A stretch of DNA of 64,000 nucleotides, taken from the IMG/VR virus record IMGVR_UViG_3300032397_000001; one strand, written 5' to 3'. A model generated the notes under the pieces. The model made no database searches, was not told the DNA's origin, and was given only the letters and a program-made list of their open reading frames with translations. How positions within the stretch are numbered: position 1 is the first letter of the stretch; each line of letters begins with the position of its first letter. Shown in pieces: positions 31,901 through 39,832 of the stretch. Both the position numbers and the translations under genes were made by a program. Source of the DNA: a virus.

Positions 31901-34900
31901 CAGTGTTTGGTCAGATGGATCAAGTTATAATGAATTTTGGAAAACTAGATACTGAGGTGAGACGCGCAACTCGTACAATTCGTGATTTGAACTTTGCAGT
32001 ATTAGGTGTAGATCCTGCATTGCGTGCAATGGCTCAGGTTGGGGTTGAGTCTGCAAGACACATTGAGAAAATTTTCCGTACCTTGTTTATGGCTCAAATA
32101 CGTACCACTTTTTATAATATGATGCGATCTCTAGGGGCTTCTACTCAAGAAGTTGGAGAAGTGTTGTATCAATTAGGATCTGCAGGATTAAACGTAAACA
32201 CGTCGTTAGCGGCTGTGGTTCCAACTTTACGTATGATCATTGGGTCAGAGGCTGATACAACAGAGTCTACCAAATTGGTTGCTGGGGCTTACTATTTATA
32301 TGGTGATTCACTTCAGGGTGCAATGACTGATACAGAGAAGTTTGCACGTATTACAGATATTTTGTCAGCATCGTTTCGTGATCACTTGGTGGAATTGAAT
32401 GAAATGGTTACTGGTATGGGATATGTGATCACGACTGGAAAATTATCAGGGTTATCTTTTGAAGAACTGGCTGCTGCTTTGGGTGTTCTCAATGATAATA
32501 TGTTGCGGGGATCGAAAGCAGGGCGTTCATTAAATCAGATGCTAGTTCATTTAGCTCAGCGCACTCAAGATGTTAAAATATCTTTAATGCAAGTTGCTCA
32601 GCAGCACGGTGCTGGTGATGTTGTAGCTGAAGCTTTTAAAAAAATAGAACAAGAAGCTGCTACACAAGGGCGTCAAGTTCGGCCGTTTGATTATCTTATT
32701 GAAGCTGGAAAAATTCTAGAACCTGTACTTGCAAAGGCAGGGCTCTCAACAGAAAATTTAGCTAATCAAGCTCAGATTATGGGAATTATTGGATCAAGAG
32801 CGTATGCAGTTCTCTTATTAAAAGCTAGAGAATATGGGCAAGCTCTCTTCCAGTTGCAATATACATCTTTCGGTGCAGGCGAGCAAATGTCTGATGTAAT
32901 GGTTACCGGCTTCGCTCGTGCTGTAAATAGGATTGAAGGCTTTGCTCGCTCAGGTATGGGACGTGTGTTTGGAATCTTTAAAGGTACTGTAGAAGGAATT
33001 GGAGGAAGTCTTGTTCGTCTGGAAGATACCACACGTGGTGTATTTGGTACATTTGGACTTGAGGTTAACAATGCGAAGAGTTTAATATCTAGCTTTTTGT
33101 TAATCTTGTCTGCACAAGCAGTTCTGAAGATTTGGGGAAAGAGTTTGCCTTTCTTTCCTAACATTAAGAAGACAATTGAAGACTTCAAAAATTGGAGAGC
33201 AACTACCCAGGAAACTTCAGCTGCTTTTATGAACTTTTCTAGAGCAGCTTTTACTTCAACTACTCCAATTGAAAAACTGGGTTTATTGACTAGACAATAC
33301 TTTGAGAAAGTTCCTGAGACTGGTCGACTGTCTTCTGCTCTACGGGGGGCTAACTTACAATTTGTTGCGCTTACAGGAAATGTTGGTGCATTGACAGAAC
33401 AGCAGCGTGTTGCTGTTCAAAGTGTAACTCAGTTTGGAAAAGTCTTAACTCAAGTGATGGCTGGTGCTCCAATTGGGCAAATGCGTTTATACTTGGATCA
33501 AGTCTCTCAAGTAAGTGCTGTACAACAAATCCTTACAACTAGGCCTTTCAAAATACAAATAGATACAGCTGAGGCAGTTGCGCGGTTGAGATCAGGCGAG
33601 CTTAGTATAGGATCTTTCAGGCAGAAGTTTTTTGAGTTACAGAAAGAGGCAGCAAAGGGGGGTATTAAGTTTCCTCAGTTTATGGGTGCAACTTTTCTTA
33701 CTTCAGGGGTAGAGGCTATACGTTCACTTAGTGGTACATATGCTCAGTTTGAAGATGTTATTCGTGGAGTGAGTAAGGGATCAATTGGAGATTTCACTAA
33801 GTTTCAACAGGTAGTGTCTGATCCTGCTGCTTGGAATCAATTTGTAACTACTGTAAAGACAGCAGCTCAAACTGGTGAAGAAAGTATGGTTCGACTGTCT
33901 GAGTCAATTGTTGGGATAAACGAAAAAGGAACTATTCCGGCAGCACGAGCGTTTGAAGCTCAAATGGCAAGATTTGGGGTTGCTGTACAAACAGAGGCAA
34001 TGAAATCAATGACATGGGGTCGATATCTTGGGGAAGTATTCAAAGTTGCATTTCCGGGGCTAGTGAATTTATGGAGTGGTATTAAAAACTTTGGTGCAAC
34101 CTCCCAAAGAGTTTTTTCGGCTTTTGTAGTACTTATAAGAAGCGCAACTAGTAGCATGAGAGGTTTGGAGACAGCATCTGCTCTTGCTACTATTCGAATA
34201 GCTGGTCTAGGAGCTGCTGCAAAGGCTTTCGCAGCTTTGAGGGCTGTCCTTGCAGCTGTGACTGGTAATCTTTTACAACTTGCTTTACAAATTGCGACAA
34301 CTCTTCTTTATGCATATGGATTTGATAAAGCATTAAATTGGTGGGAAAGACTCACCAGAGGAGTAGATAAATATGCTGAGGAGGTAGGTCAGGCGGGTGC
34401 AGAGTTTCAAAAGAGTGTTGCTTTTATGACTGCACCATTACCTCAAATGATTTCGTACTTTGAGAGAGTCGGTGAAACACTTGATGAGATGATGGCATCA
34501 GATCGAACCTTCTTTGTAAAAACTGATAGTATTGACAATGCGGTTGCTAAATTTAGTGAATTAAGTATGTTGGTTCAAAGCAGTACCATGTCAGAGATTA
34601 AGATTCTTGTAGATACTGGGAGACTTACGGAGGCAAATGTATTATTGCGGCAGTCAATACCTGAAATAGTAAAAGCGCGTGAGGAAGCTGCTAAAAGAGT
34701 TTTCATGAACTTTGGCAATTTTGGTAGAGACTTTAGTATTATGGTGATGTCAAGCAAACCTGCTATTAATAAAGCAATGAAAGAAATTAGTGAGTTAGTA
34801 TACAAAAGTTTATCAGATGCTGAACGTATGAAAATCGATCCGAACATGTTAAAAGTCAAAACTCTTAACATTTCGAAAATTCCTTTGGATAAACTAACAC

Positions 34901-37900
34901 CCGAAGTTATTCAGTGGCAAAAGGTGGGTATTAAGGCTGCTGAACAAATTGCAGAAGGCGCTGCTTCCGTATTTCAGACAGGTGCTCGAGTTTTGAGTTT
35001 GATGATGAGGATCGACCCTTCAAAGGTGGGCAAGGAGTTTGCATTAAAGTTTACTAGGGAAATACAAAAGACTGTACCTTTAATTGAGGGTTCCTTTCAA
35101 GAAATTTCCAGAGAAATGCAGCAAGGTGTTTTTGGAGATCCTCGGGTTATCGAAGAAAGCCTTGACAGAATAACAAAAGCTTTTGTACGTACTGCTTCAG
35201 GGAAAAAGTATATTGGTGACCTTACTAGAGCAATGAAGGATTTTAGAGAAGAAGTGTTTGAGACCAAAGGGATGACTCCTGAAAGGTTTGTTTTTACATA
35301 TCTTCCACTCTTAGCTAAAGAAAGTTCACAAGAGGTTCAACAACTTGCAAAAGATTTGGATGATCCTCTTGTAACTGATTTGCGAAAAGCTCTCTTGTTA
35401 GTCAATGCTTTTAATAAAGAGTTGGCTGTTTTTGTTGCAGAACAAACAAAAATTCAAGAAGGGGCCAGTATTGCATGGAATTTACAATCGGTTGCTGACC
35501 TAGTTGATGCTTTGCGTGATAAATTTGAGACACTACGTCAAAAGATTGAGCTTGTAGGTGCTGAACCTGTCGCTGATATGAAACAAAATATAGAATCTAG
35601 TTTCAAGGAAATTGAAGGAAAGATTAGAGGACATAAGAACCTCTCACTCAAGTTGGATGTGGGATTAGTAATGACTGATTGGGCTGTTGATTTTAATAAA
35701 GCATTTGAAGGGGCATTTACATATGCACCAGAATCTGTTTTGGGTAAATGGGAACGTGAGTTTTATAAAACGGCCGATCCTTTAAGAGAAGCATTCTCAA
35801 GTGCCTTTACTGAAATATCTTTTTGGGCTGAAGATGCCGGAAGAAGTATCGAACAAGGATTATCTATCCCGGGTTTTGATGCAATTGTAAAAGCATCTCA
35901 ATCGGGCTTAACTGTATTGGAAAGAGGCCAACGAGATTGGGTATTAGATCTTCGTCATAATTTTCATTCTGCAGAGTTATATCAGGAAGAATACATAAAA
36001 ACATTAAATTCACTTGCTAAATCGGGCCAGTTGACACTGTCTCAGGTTTCTACCGAAAGAATTCCTACTGTGGACTTAGGAGGTAAAGGAGGTGAAGGCG
36101 GTGGAGAGACTTCACGACTCGAAGAAACCAAGAAAGAGTTGCAAGCTAGTTTGAAGGAAGGACTTGACGAAGCTCAAAAGTTAGCAGAAGCTATTCAGAA
36201 GAATGTTCGTGGTGCCATTGATAGTACTATTAAACGTGTTGAAGCATTGCTTTCAGCTCTTTCTAAGGTAGTTGAAGTAAATATCAAAGTAGCTGAATCA
36301 GCTAGAAAAATGTCTTCAGGCTATAATCTCGCTAATAAGTTGTTGGAAACCACAATAGGGTATGCAGAGAAGTTATCTGAACAAACGAATTTGTGGGCGG
36401 TTCAACTTCAAAGATTACAAGTTGGTTTTGATGTAAGTCGAATCGCAAAACAGTTTGAAAGAGTTACTCAGGCATATCAGGGTAGTGGTCCTGAGTTGCA
36501 AATAGGTCCTGAAAAAGCAGCTGAGCGAATGGGTCAGATCATTGACGAATTGAATAAGTCTGTTGATCAATCAATGGGTAATCTTATCAATGCGGTTACT
36601 CGTGCATTTGATATAGCTGCAAAGGAAGATGAGAAATATATTGACAAACGATTGAAAAACAACCTAAAATGGTCTGATGAAATTTCAGCTTCTGATGACA
36701 CATATTATCAAAACCAGATTCAGGAGATTGATAAGTTAACTAGTGTTAGTGAAACGGAAAAGGAAAGACGCAAAGCTCAAATTCAGAGTGAGATTGAATG
36801 GTCAAAGAAAGTAGCAGATGTGAGGAAGGCTAAACTTGAAGCTGAAGCTGAACGATCTAAAGAATTAGATCAAGAGATACGGACAGGTGAACTTGTTCGG
36901 TTTATGAAAGAGATATTTGGAAAGAAGGGTGAACTTACACTTGATGAGCAAGGAATGGAAACAGCTCTTCAAAAGTTATCTATCAAAAGTCCTGAGTTGA
37001 TGTTTGCTCTAAAGAGTTATCAAGGAACACAGGAAGCAGCTAAAAATCAGTTAGAAGCAATAGCTACTTTTAATGAGTCAATCGAAAAAAATATTAGAAA
37101 TAATCTCAAACAAGCTGAGGATCAATTAAAGGAATTGAGTATTATAGATAAATCAGTGGAAAAATTCGCGATCGATGTAGGTAAACAGTTGCGTGAGATT
37201 GCATTTGCTCTTAAGAAAGGCAAGATAGGGAATGGTCCAGGTGAAGTCTTTGACTTAATGGACAAGTTGAAGGGTACTGTTTCTATACCTAATATTGCAG
37301 AGACATCTAGTGGTACATATAAGCTAGCGTCAGAAGAAACCTCAGCACGTGCCCTTGATATAAATATGGTTAAGGAGTCTGTGCTAGCCTTTGATCAATC
37401 ACTTGATCAAGTATCAAAATCCCTTTCAGAGGGAGGGTTTGAACAGCTCCAACAAAATCTTCAAGCGCTTTCCGGAGGAATGAATAACTTTCTCCAGCGA
37501 ATGATAGAGGGACAAAGTCCTGAACAATTGAGGCAAGCAGCCGTATCTGTGAGGCAAGCAGCCGTATCTGTTTCAGAAACTCTTGAATCAGCTCAAACAA
37601 AATTATCCGGAGCAGCCGCAAATAATGTTAATATGCTTGAAGAGGTGGTACGTGCAACCAGAAGTCTAGGTACTTTACCCTATATTGCAGAGACATCTAA
37701 GCCAGCGCCAAAAGAGACTACATTGCGTGCCTTTGGTATGACTTATGGGAAAGTTACGTTTGATTTGAATTCAGTGGGTGAAAAGATTCAAAATGGAGCA
37801 GCCACAATACAGCAGGGTGCACAGGTAACAGGTCAAGCTTTAGTAGACGCAGGCCAAGAAATTGAACGAAGTGGGGTGGCCGCAGCACAAAGAATAGCTG

Positions 37901-38907
37901 GTGTTGAGATTTCAACTCCAATAAACCAAATGAAAACTTCTCTGACATCTTATAGTAGGGGCTTCACAAATGTTATGTCATCAATGAAAGACAAGCTTCA
38001 GGTGTTCACAGAGTTTAGAATGCCTGATCAAGATCCTGCAGCTCTTACACGTATATTCGGGGATTTAGTTTCTAGTTTTGGCGGATACTCTGAAAGTCTA
38101 AGGAGAATTACACTTCCTGAAGGAATTCCTGAATTTGGTATGGTTAAGGAGTCTGTGCTAGCCTTTGATCAATCACTTGATCAAGTATCAAAATCCTTGG
38201 GAGAGTCACAAATCAGTTCTAAAGGGTTTGAACAGCTCCAACAAAATCTTCAAGCGCTTTCCGGAGGAATGAATAACTTTCTCCAGCGAATGATAGAGGG
38301 ACAAAGTCCTGAACAATTGAGGCAAGCAGCCGTATCTGTTTCAAAAACTCTTGAATCAGCTCAAACAAAATTATCCGGATTATCCGGAGCAGCCGCAATA
38401 CAGCAGGGTGCTCCTGCAATTGCTGCTGCAACGGATTTGGTGAATATAAGTTTTAATACAGTTGCTGATAATGCTAAAAATCTTGCTAATATACTTGAAG
38501 AGGTGGTACGTGAGATTGGAAGTCGAGGTTCTATACCTATACCTACAAGTGGAGTAGTCACTAAGCAGTTTGGTGGTCCCATTCCGGGTTTTGGTGGGGG
38601 TGATAAACATCATGTATTAGCTGAGGGTGGAGAATTTGTTATTCGTAAGGAGATGGTCAGACGATACGGCCAGGATTTGTTCAACGCATATAATGAAGGA
38701 AAGATTAAAGCAGATGAACTTGCAGCATGGATGGGGATATCTGCAATTAAGTCTGCAGTACAAAAACAAAAGATTCTTGAATCGCCTGTGAAAAGATTCT
38801 CACTTGATATTGTAGGTACTCCATTCAAGGGTTTGGCAACAGAAGATATGTTAACTCAACTTGAGAAGGGTCTCAAGAGAAAACGTATGGTGGGCCAAAA
38901 TAAATAA
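22975..38907 (+). CDS. Tape measure protein, 5310 aa
   Basis: TP901/PhageMin_Tail-like core (EVGEVLYQLGSAG...GLSFEELAAALGVL...GSKAGRSL) near nt 32000-32950; C-terminal GGPIPG...EGGEFVIRKEMVRRYG; helical Ala/Gln-rich. Confidence 0.93.
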   Translation: MEQLGIVGSLDISQIKSQVDELNRVLGTLENSFRKVENVFSSVESSLGKVQGASKGLSDTLAGVRTSLSGMGNITQVATQVQKSVQEIQKTATGIKLDFKISDPGKSIKPWIDELQLVEKQVRSVTEKINKETQQTRSRFSDSADEISNFRGAMVATGKGQIPIWNEARTNLQSMVDVLGSYVVNLEKANQRGKLLGKKSLRTEMITGPFQQAQDMLFSFTDMVKGTPVSELFADWEDPLRSFSTSMEKTFGSTKWLTLFQKNFEPFRGTLAELAAVPAQQMSTAFTSLIPESKAMGALFMDIFTAKGPQELEASLRSLRANLAMLMPESAGAKALFMNFQELATLLRTRFLATSFIDFEPVITQALFRVGQLTEEFIQAKAAGRDTSQIVIGLAAAARELASEAQRVGVGIQGFMARAPGAGMETSITRLESAFQEEGLVAQETGNRAQEFFNIIRAGQTSLKQTANEIEKTAAATGKWGELARSTYVDLRRIVSTYQSFGRPTVISGIPESASTSAEKLSSTAAIPRDLKRQVDSLAGAYGLWATADITARQSFQRTGYITLDILRQLYKGFGEVAARPMMPAARVQELQRVRGALEKLLPPMELSKTVSTTAYNSFQFLARGATQFSNLIPKIVERLNASILKTRVDIVDPTAATKAIQPFEALKKVLVGLQGDLQVIAQEITLLYAKGAPSIEAIAQAFMKIRPETLERAFQAVTELQGAGRMLGARAVTGPLDVALAQVKAIGQIPPAFEQAFAKIQPMTTGFLDPEVAKRSMKVFAADLAGMFGGIDVVRSARKNGEQWAVNFTQAVNQGVKPISQFIKEQPGAPIPPEMVQKLQSQMAQAFFSAKLPQLFSGIEESLFTSVGILNRMGPAAEKFRAPLQQAQLDTQRLVELFLKIKFPDLRAGEDVGVLERDFSKLSSKISTDLKASFGGVGETIMGQLAQAYKSLGKLPMGAQLFGLAGNTDQMLRQVFGVFSRLLPTLKTEMLQTFDMPLEMATEFFGKLQQDAIQFRALVSQSAQPLISMKDALAGTANVFERLNMARRLGAPAEVVESIRAEADAFMKDKEQARQLSKQKEELGAAESNVGRLTELAITFLERETKSFSNLGQAANISLGALTSVISKQAGLFKGLTRDMGIKDLLTFEGVVPTGITPEVSKYLQAFYNNVGTNLDKLRQVTDQKIGVWSVGFGKGMNNFASVVKQNAFRLRGVMETVQSSAATGAQFRWEGLFDEPTVLALQKSSGRISSVLKRFQEDLMKFGQGTARRVEFGPVTQSLQQELAFVLNLAESVRQKIAVGEVGTEQLPAVNRLFQYAIQLDGAITALERPYQRMSEVASKGKASFTQLGRTFGSELYKATQEMGRSVTGLKQPIGLIVQKMFGEIFVPENLERITEFRGITEFLGERFPSQVQFALNVAAKRGIPVQKLLQQMIPVNAATLEEAFRNAPDVPRVLLEKMFRPESSLKFQQTAKGVVEQIIRAPMKEGLQRASELMSVDALKSFSQFSLADSILQPARRDLSKLRQVGPEYASQLNQVINYISAVLKTVPTGRRMGGILEQAGFDYSQIQALQAFVRGAQGPLYQLRNILTQAADPLKGISPEKMKLDLGLDRTVMGNLQRAAGDEEKLGKMTQFLSTMYDQAGASLIEFVARQETWSSKSIQDLTELMSFWKGLGEIIRLITQELPKMGTAQGLMGFEFKASDLLTRGAEAGSSFRQGLMQSMDLAAIGGGIGKMLAAIIAKDPEMIFEIMRTGSIRLREELRRLGYEGKGSIGALASSIEKLLPGTTLGPQFFGAYFEANERFFLESDKTTLAIMNIVQGFEQIRPTAAANLVATLERASAALHEADISFRGFGEGLGAHTVEFKAFSDKQRTLIQQYASGMAGAIKSQAALYQADPFERSFVRLIRSEDTLFDQLRNVIQTRGNEIKQVNEQAYKGLTEFISKPISTRTVADIAKVSQMPGLEQFTDIGGLLTKLAGVRRLFENVGQSVKSLQGMKPFEGYVRDAASLEVNMLKVMRTITSSLDRISQGKGMQLNVKESLVELGSLRERLSVITSEMQGWAQASAAGGAQLPYSFELTANSVAKMGRVLENVISVLRALPASGRVTEQSLQRLNDLSKDLWGSLKAVDQITLKDLGAQIEAIFSKAFGEKMGPWLYQGFAKVPAGARTFFGNFQKQLQTEGSNVNVLLQTMSTEFQSIFAKFGGRPQLMLQYFEKATPQMRLLLSQFFEQAGLLTGAGFQSWITQWSQYMGEMNIEEKKGLEKLQKQMLEGLSTFRETKFFPEPKVPTTLFDVAKALRQVGMSLQEIRQISDLGFIKLWGEALTQPFKMIIGQAGEVSVGLGGVFSIIGNKMAVFANSLDAVRQAFLGLRQDSVQVQEGFVAFITLIEKLSAAFRESKVVGSQWGVEIVSQLSVLGTVGKSLSDFTKGAAGIADFPRILREIDFGGLGQQLTTFMTGMGGAAAQTQVPEQFMAPLKSFLGMAKQLNQFAFAAENILKLTQAFSTLQAQLGSSQAVFQSFEGTFQIFRKMFELLPTLSIPMGPAVPAGAIESARNFAQVIAPLASAIRSVQDINFDAAINNINRAATEFKAALEKLFLALEQVPISSQTQKVISFLSRLATAFSKIDWTVNPQVITQQFVSTARAIEKGQQIVEGQVQEGAAQIASAAEKAGDQIKRSGLGSLGDLVEPSLISLFGAGEEPVPEYLRTTSQAYTQTLQGIGERTRMLVTEFAQASGQANIFGETLMQMARGGPSAAFRQMVDDLIMLGPAITQDTTKFNEMRQSLERFLTDVSQMKGVGAQFTELSARIGTPAMMGPSGLVQTLSDTARAIDKVQKAGAETTFLDMMIKSRSKAQELHIQVGGLLNYMQSMGPRLRESLTTGFARREFYSQISDIRRALEQAMTPLRGFVGFPQIRVDMEKMSSDLSRMSSMSTGILTVWDRFSGVIRSARDSFLNLIAYQTRWYLSMQIFWAVFGQMDQVIMNFGKLDTEVRRATRTIRDLNFAVLGVDPALRAMAQVGVESARHIEKIFRTLFMAQIRTTFYNMMRSLGASTQEVGEVLYQLGSAGLNVNTSLAAVVPTLRMIIGSEADTTESTKLVAGAYYLYGDSLQGAMTDTEKFARITDILSASFRDHLVELNEMVTGMGYVITTGKLSGLSFEELAAALGVLNDNMLRGSKAGRSLNQMLVHLAQRTQDVKISLMQVAQQHGAGDVVAEAFKKIEQEAATQGRQVRPFDYLIEAGKILEPVLAKAGLSTENLANQAQIMGIIGSRAYAVLLLKAREYGQALFQLQYTSFGAGEQMSDVMVTGFARAVNRIEGFARSGMGRVFGIFKGTVEGIGGSLVRLEDTTRGVFGTFGLEVNNAKSLISSFLLILSAQAVLKIWGKSLPFFPNIKKTIEDFKNWRATTQETSAAFMNFSRAAFTSTTPIEKLGLLTRQYFEKVPETGRLSSALRGANLQFVALTGNVGALTEQQRVAVQSVTQFGKVLTQVMAGAPIGQMRLYLDQVSQVSAVQQILTTRPFKIQIDTAEAVARLRSGELSIGSFRQKFFELQKEAAKGGIKFPQFMGATFLTSGVEAIRSLSGTYAQFEDVIRGVSKGSIGDFTKFQQVVSDPAAWNQFVTTVKTAAQTGEESMVRLSESIVGINEKGTIPAARAFEAQMARFGVAVQTEAMKSMTWGRYLGEVFKVAFPGLVNLWSGIKNFGATSQRVFSAFVVLIRSATSSMRGLETASALATIRIAGLGAAAKAFAALRAVLAAVTGNLLQLALQIATTLLYAYGFDKALNWWERLTRGVDKYAEEVGQAGAEFQKSVAFMTAPLPQMISYFERVGETLDEMMASDRTFFVKTDSIDNAVAKFSELSMLVQSSTMSEIKILVDTGRLTEANVLLRQSIPEIVKAREEAAKRVFMNFGNFGRDFSIMVMSSKPAINKAMKEISELVYKSLSDAERMKIDPNMLKVKTLNISKIPLDKLTPEVIQWQKVGIKAAEQIAEGAASVFQTGARVLSLMMRIDPSKVGKEFALKFTREIQKTVPLIEGSFQEISREMQQGVFGDPRVIEESLDRITKAFVRTASGKKYIGDLTRAMKDFREEVFETKGMTPERFVFTYLPLLAKESSQEVQQLAKDLDDPLVTDLRKALLLVNAFNKELAVFVAEQTKIQEGASIAWNLQSVADLVDALRDKFETLRQKIELVGAEPVADMKQNIESSFKEIEGKIRGHKNLSLKLDVGLVMTDWAVDFNKAFEGAFTYAPESVLGKWEREFYKTADPLREAFSSAFTEISFWAEDAGRSIEQGLSIPGFDAIVKASQSGLTVLERGQRDWVLDLRHNFHSAELYQEEYIKTLNSLAKSGQLTLSQVSTERIPTVDLGGKGGEGGGETSRLEETKKELQASLKEGLDEAQKLAEAIQKNVRGAIDSTIKRVEALLSALSKVVEVNIKVAESARKMSSGYNLANKLLETTIGYAEKLSEQTNLWAVQLQRLQVGFDVSRIAKQFERVTQAYQGSGPELQIGPEKAAERMGQIIDELNKSVDQSMGNLINAVTRAFDIAAKEDEKYIDKRLKNNLKWSDEISASDDTYYQNQIQEIDKLTSVSETEKERRKAQIQSEIEWSKKVADVRKAKLEAEAERSKELDQEIRTGELVRFMKEIFGKKGELTLDEQGMETALQKLSIKSPELMFALKSYQGTQEAAKNQLEAIATFNESIEKNIRNNLKQAEDQLKELSIIDKSVEKFAIDVGKQLREIAFALKKGKIGNGPGEVFDLMDKLKGTVSIPNIAETSSGTYKLASEETSARALDINMVKESVLAFDQSLDQVSKSLSEGGFEQLQQNLQALSGGMNNFLQRMIEGQSPEQLRQAAVSVRQAAVSVSETLESAQTKLSGAAANNVNMLEEVVRATRSLGTLPYIAETSKPAPKETTLRAFGMTYGKVTFDLNSVGEKIQNGAATIQQGAQVTGQALVDAGQEIERSGVAAAQRIAGVEISTPINQMKTSLTSYSRGFTNVMSSMKDKLQVFTEFRMPDQDPAALTRIFGDLVSSFGGYSESLRRITLPEGIPEFGMVKESVLAFDQSLDQVSKSLGESQISSKGFEQLQQNLQALSGGMNNFLQRMIEGQSPEQLRQAAVSVSKTLESAQTKLSGLSGAAAIQQGAPAIAAATDLVNISFNTVADNAKNLANILEEVVREIGSRGSIPIPTSGVVTKQFGGPIPGFGGGDKHHVLAEGGEFVIRKEMVRRYGQDLFNAYNEGKIKADELAAWMGISAIKSAVQKQKILESPVKRFSLDIVGTPFKGLATEDMLTQLEKGLKRKRMVGQNK
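37365..38398 (+). repeat. Near-identical ~255-bp in-frame duplication in TMP (37365-37621 vs 38139-38398)
   Basis: Direct nucleotide identity (atggttaaggagtctgtgctagcc...ggagcagccgcaa) with small in-frame indels. Confidence 0.9.
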
Positions 38908-39344
38908 TGGAATATCAATTGACTGTAATGGATCCTAGTTTAATCATCGATCTCCCAGGAGATATGGTTTTTGAGAATGAGTTTGACTGGTCTGATATAA
39001 AAGGGTCTAATGATCGAACTCTTGGTGGTACTCTTATCATTTGGACCAATACAGTATTTAAGGGAAGACCGATTGATTTAGTAGCAACAGATAATCGAGG
39101 ATGGATTTCACGTAGTACTATAGAGAAGCTTTATACTGCTGTTCAAGCAATGTCAACTATGGAGTTAAAACTTACTTTCACAAGAAGGTTGAAAAGTACA
39201 GGAGAACCAGAAACAGTAACTTATAATGTAATGTGGCGGTATAATGAACCACCTGTTATGGAAGTAAGGCCTTTGATTGCTTCCAGAGTTGAATTAGTAG
39301 ATGGTGATTATTATACTGGAACACTAAAGTTTGTGGAGGTCTAA
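38907..39344 (+). CDS. Distal tail-like protein
   Basis: NEFDW...RTLGGTLI...GRPIDL...GWISR; directly after TMP. Confidence 0.6.
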   Translation: MEYQLTVMDPSLIIDLPGDMVFENEFDWSDIKGSNDRTLGGTLIIWTNTVFKGRPIDLVATDNRGWISRSTIEKLYTAVQAMSTMELKLTFTRRLKSTGEPETVTYNVMWRYNEPPVMEVRPLIASRVELVDGDYYTGTLKFVEV

Positions 39345-39347
39345 GAG

Positions 39348-39518
39348 ATGCCAGAGCAAACATTAGTCATTTATGATAACATATTGAAGGCTGAAATCAC
39401 TTTGTTCTTTGAGGGAGAGAAGAAGGAGAAGGTAACCACTATTGAAATAATGTATGGGGAGCCTCAGGATCTCTCAGGATTTTTTAACTTCACCGGTTTA
39501 ATGAGAGAGGTGAAGTGA
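39348..39518 (+). CDS. Small hypothetical protein (56 aa), paralog of 39515..39817
   Basis: GGAGG RBS; MPEQTLVIYD...EKVTTIEIMYGEPQDLSGFFN; stop overlaps next start. Confidence 0.65.
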   Translation: MPEQTLVIYDNILKAEITLFFEGEKKEKVTTIEIMYGEPQDLSGFFNFTGLMREVK

Positions 39519-39817
39519 TGGAAAATATAAGAATGATAGAATTGAGAGATGACAAATCAAAGAGTACTATCAGTTTGATGGTCAATCTTAATGATAAGGT
39601 GATTGGTGTAAGAATTCAATTTGATGAGCCACGGAGTATTACTGACTTCCTCAATAAGCGGAGATTGGCTCAGGGAGTTCTGGGTTCAGGAGTTATATCA
39701 GGATCTAGCGCACAACCTCGTGTAGCTATAAAGACACCGCTGGGAATGAGACCTATTGGAGGACGTAGAGTGTTAGCGAGTCCTCCTCAATCAAGGCCTT
39801 GCAAAAATTGTCCATAA
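39515..39817 (+). CDS. Hypothetical protein with C-terminal CxxC
   Basis: GAGG RBS; coupled ORF. Confidence 0.65.
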   Translation: MMENIRMIELRDDKSKSTISLMVNLNDKVIGVRIQFDEPRSITDFLNKRRLAQGVLGSGVISGSSAQPRVAIKTPLGMRPIGGRRVLASPPQSRPCKNCP

Positions 39818-39832
39818 AGGGAGGGCTGTATT

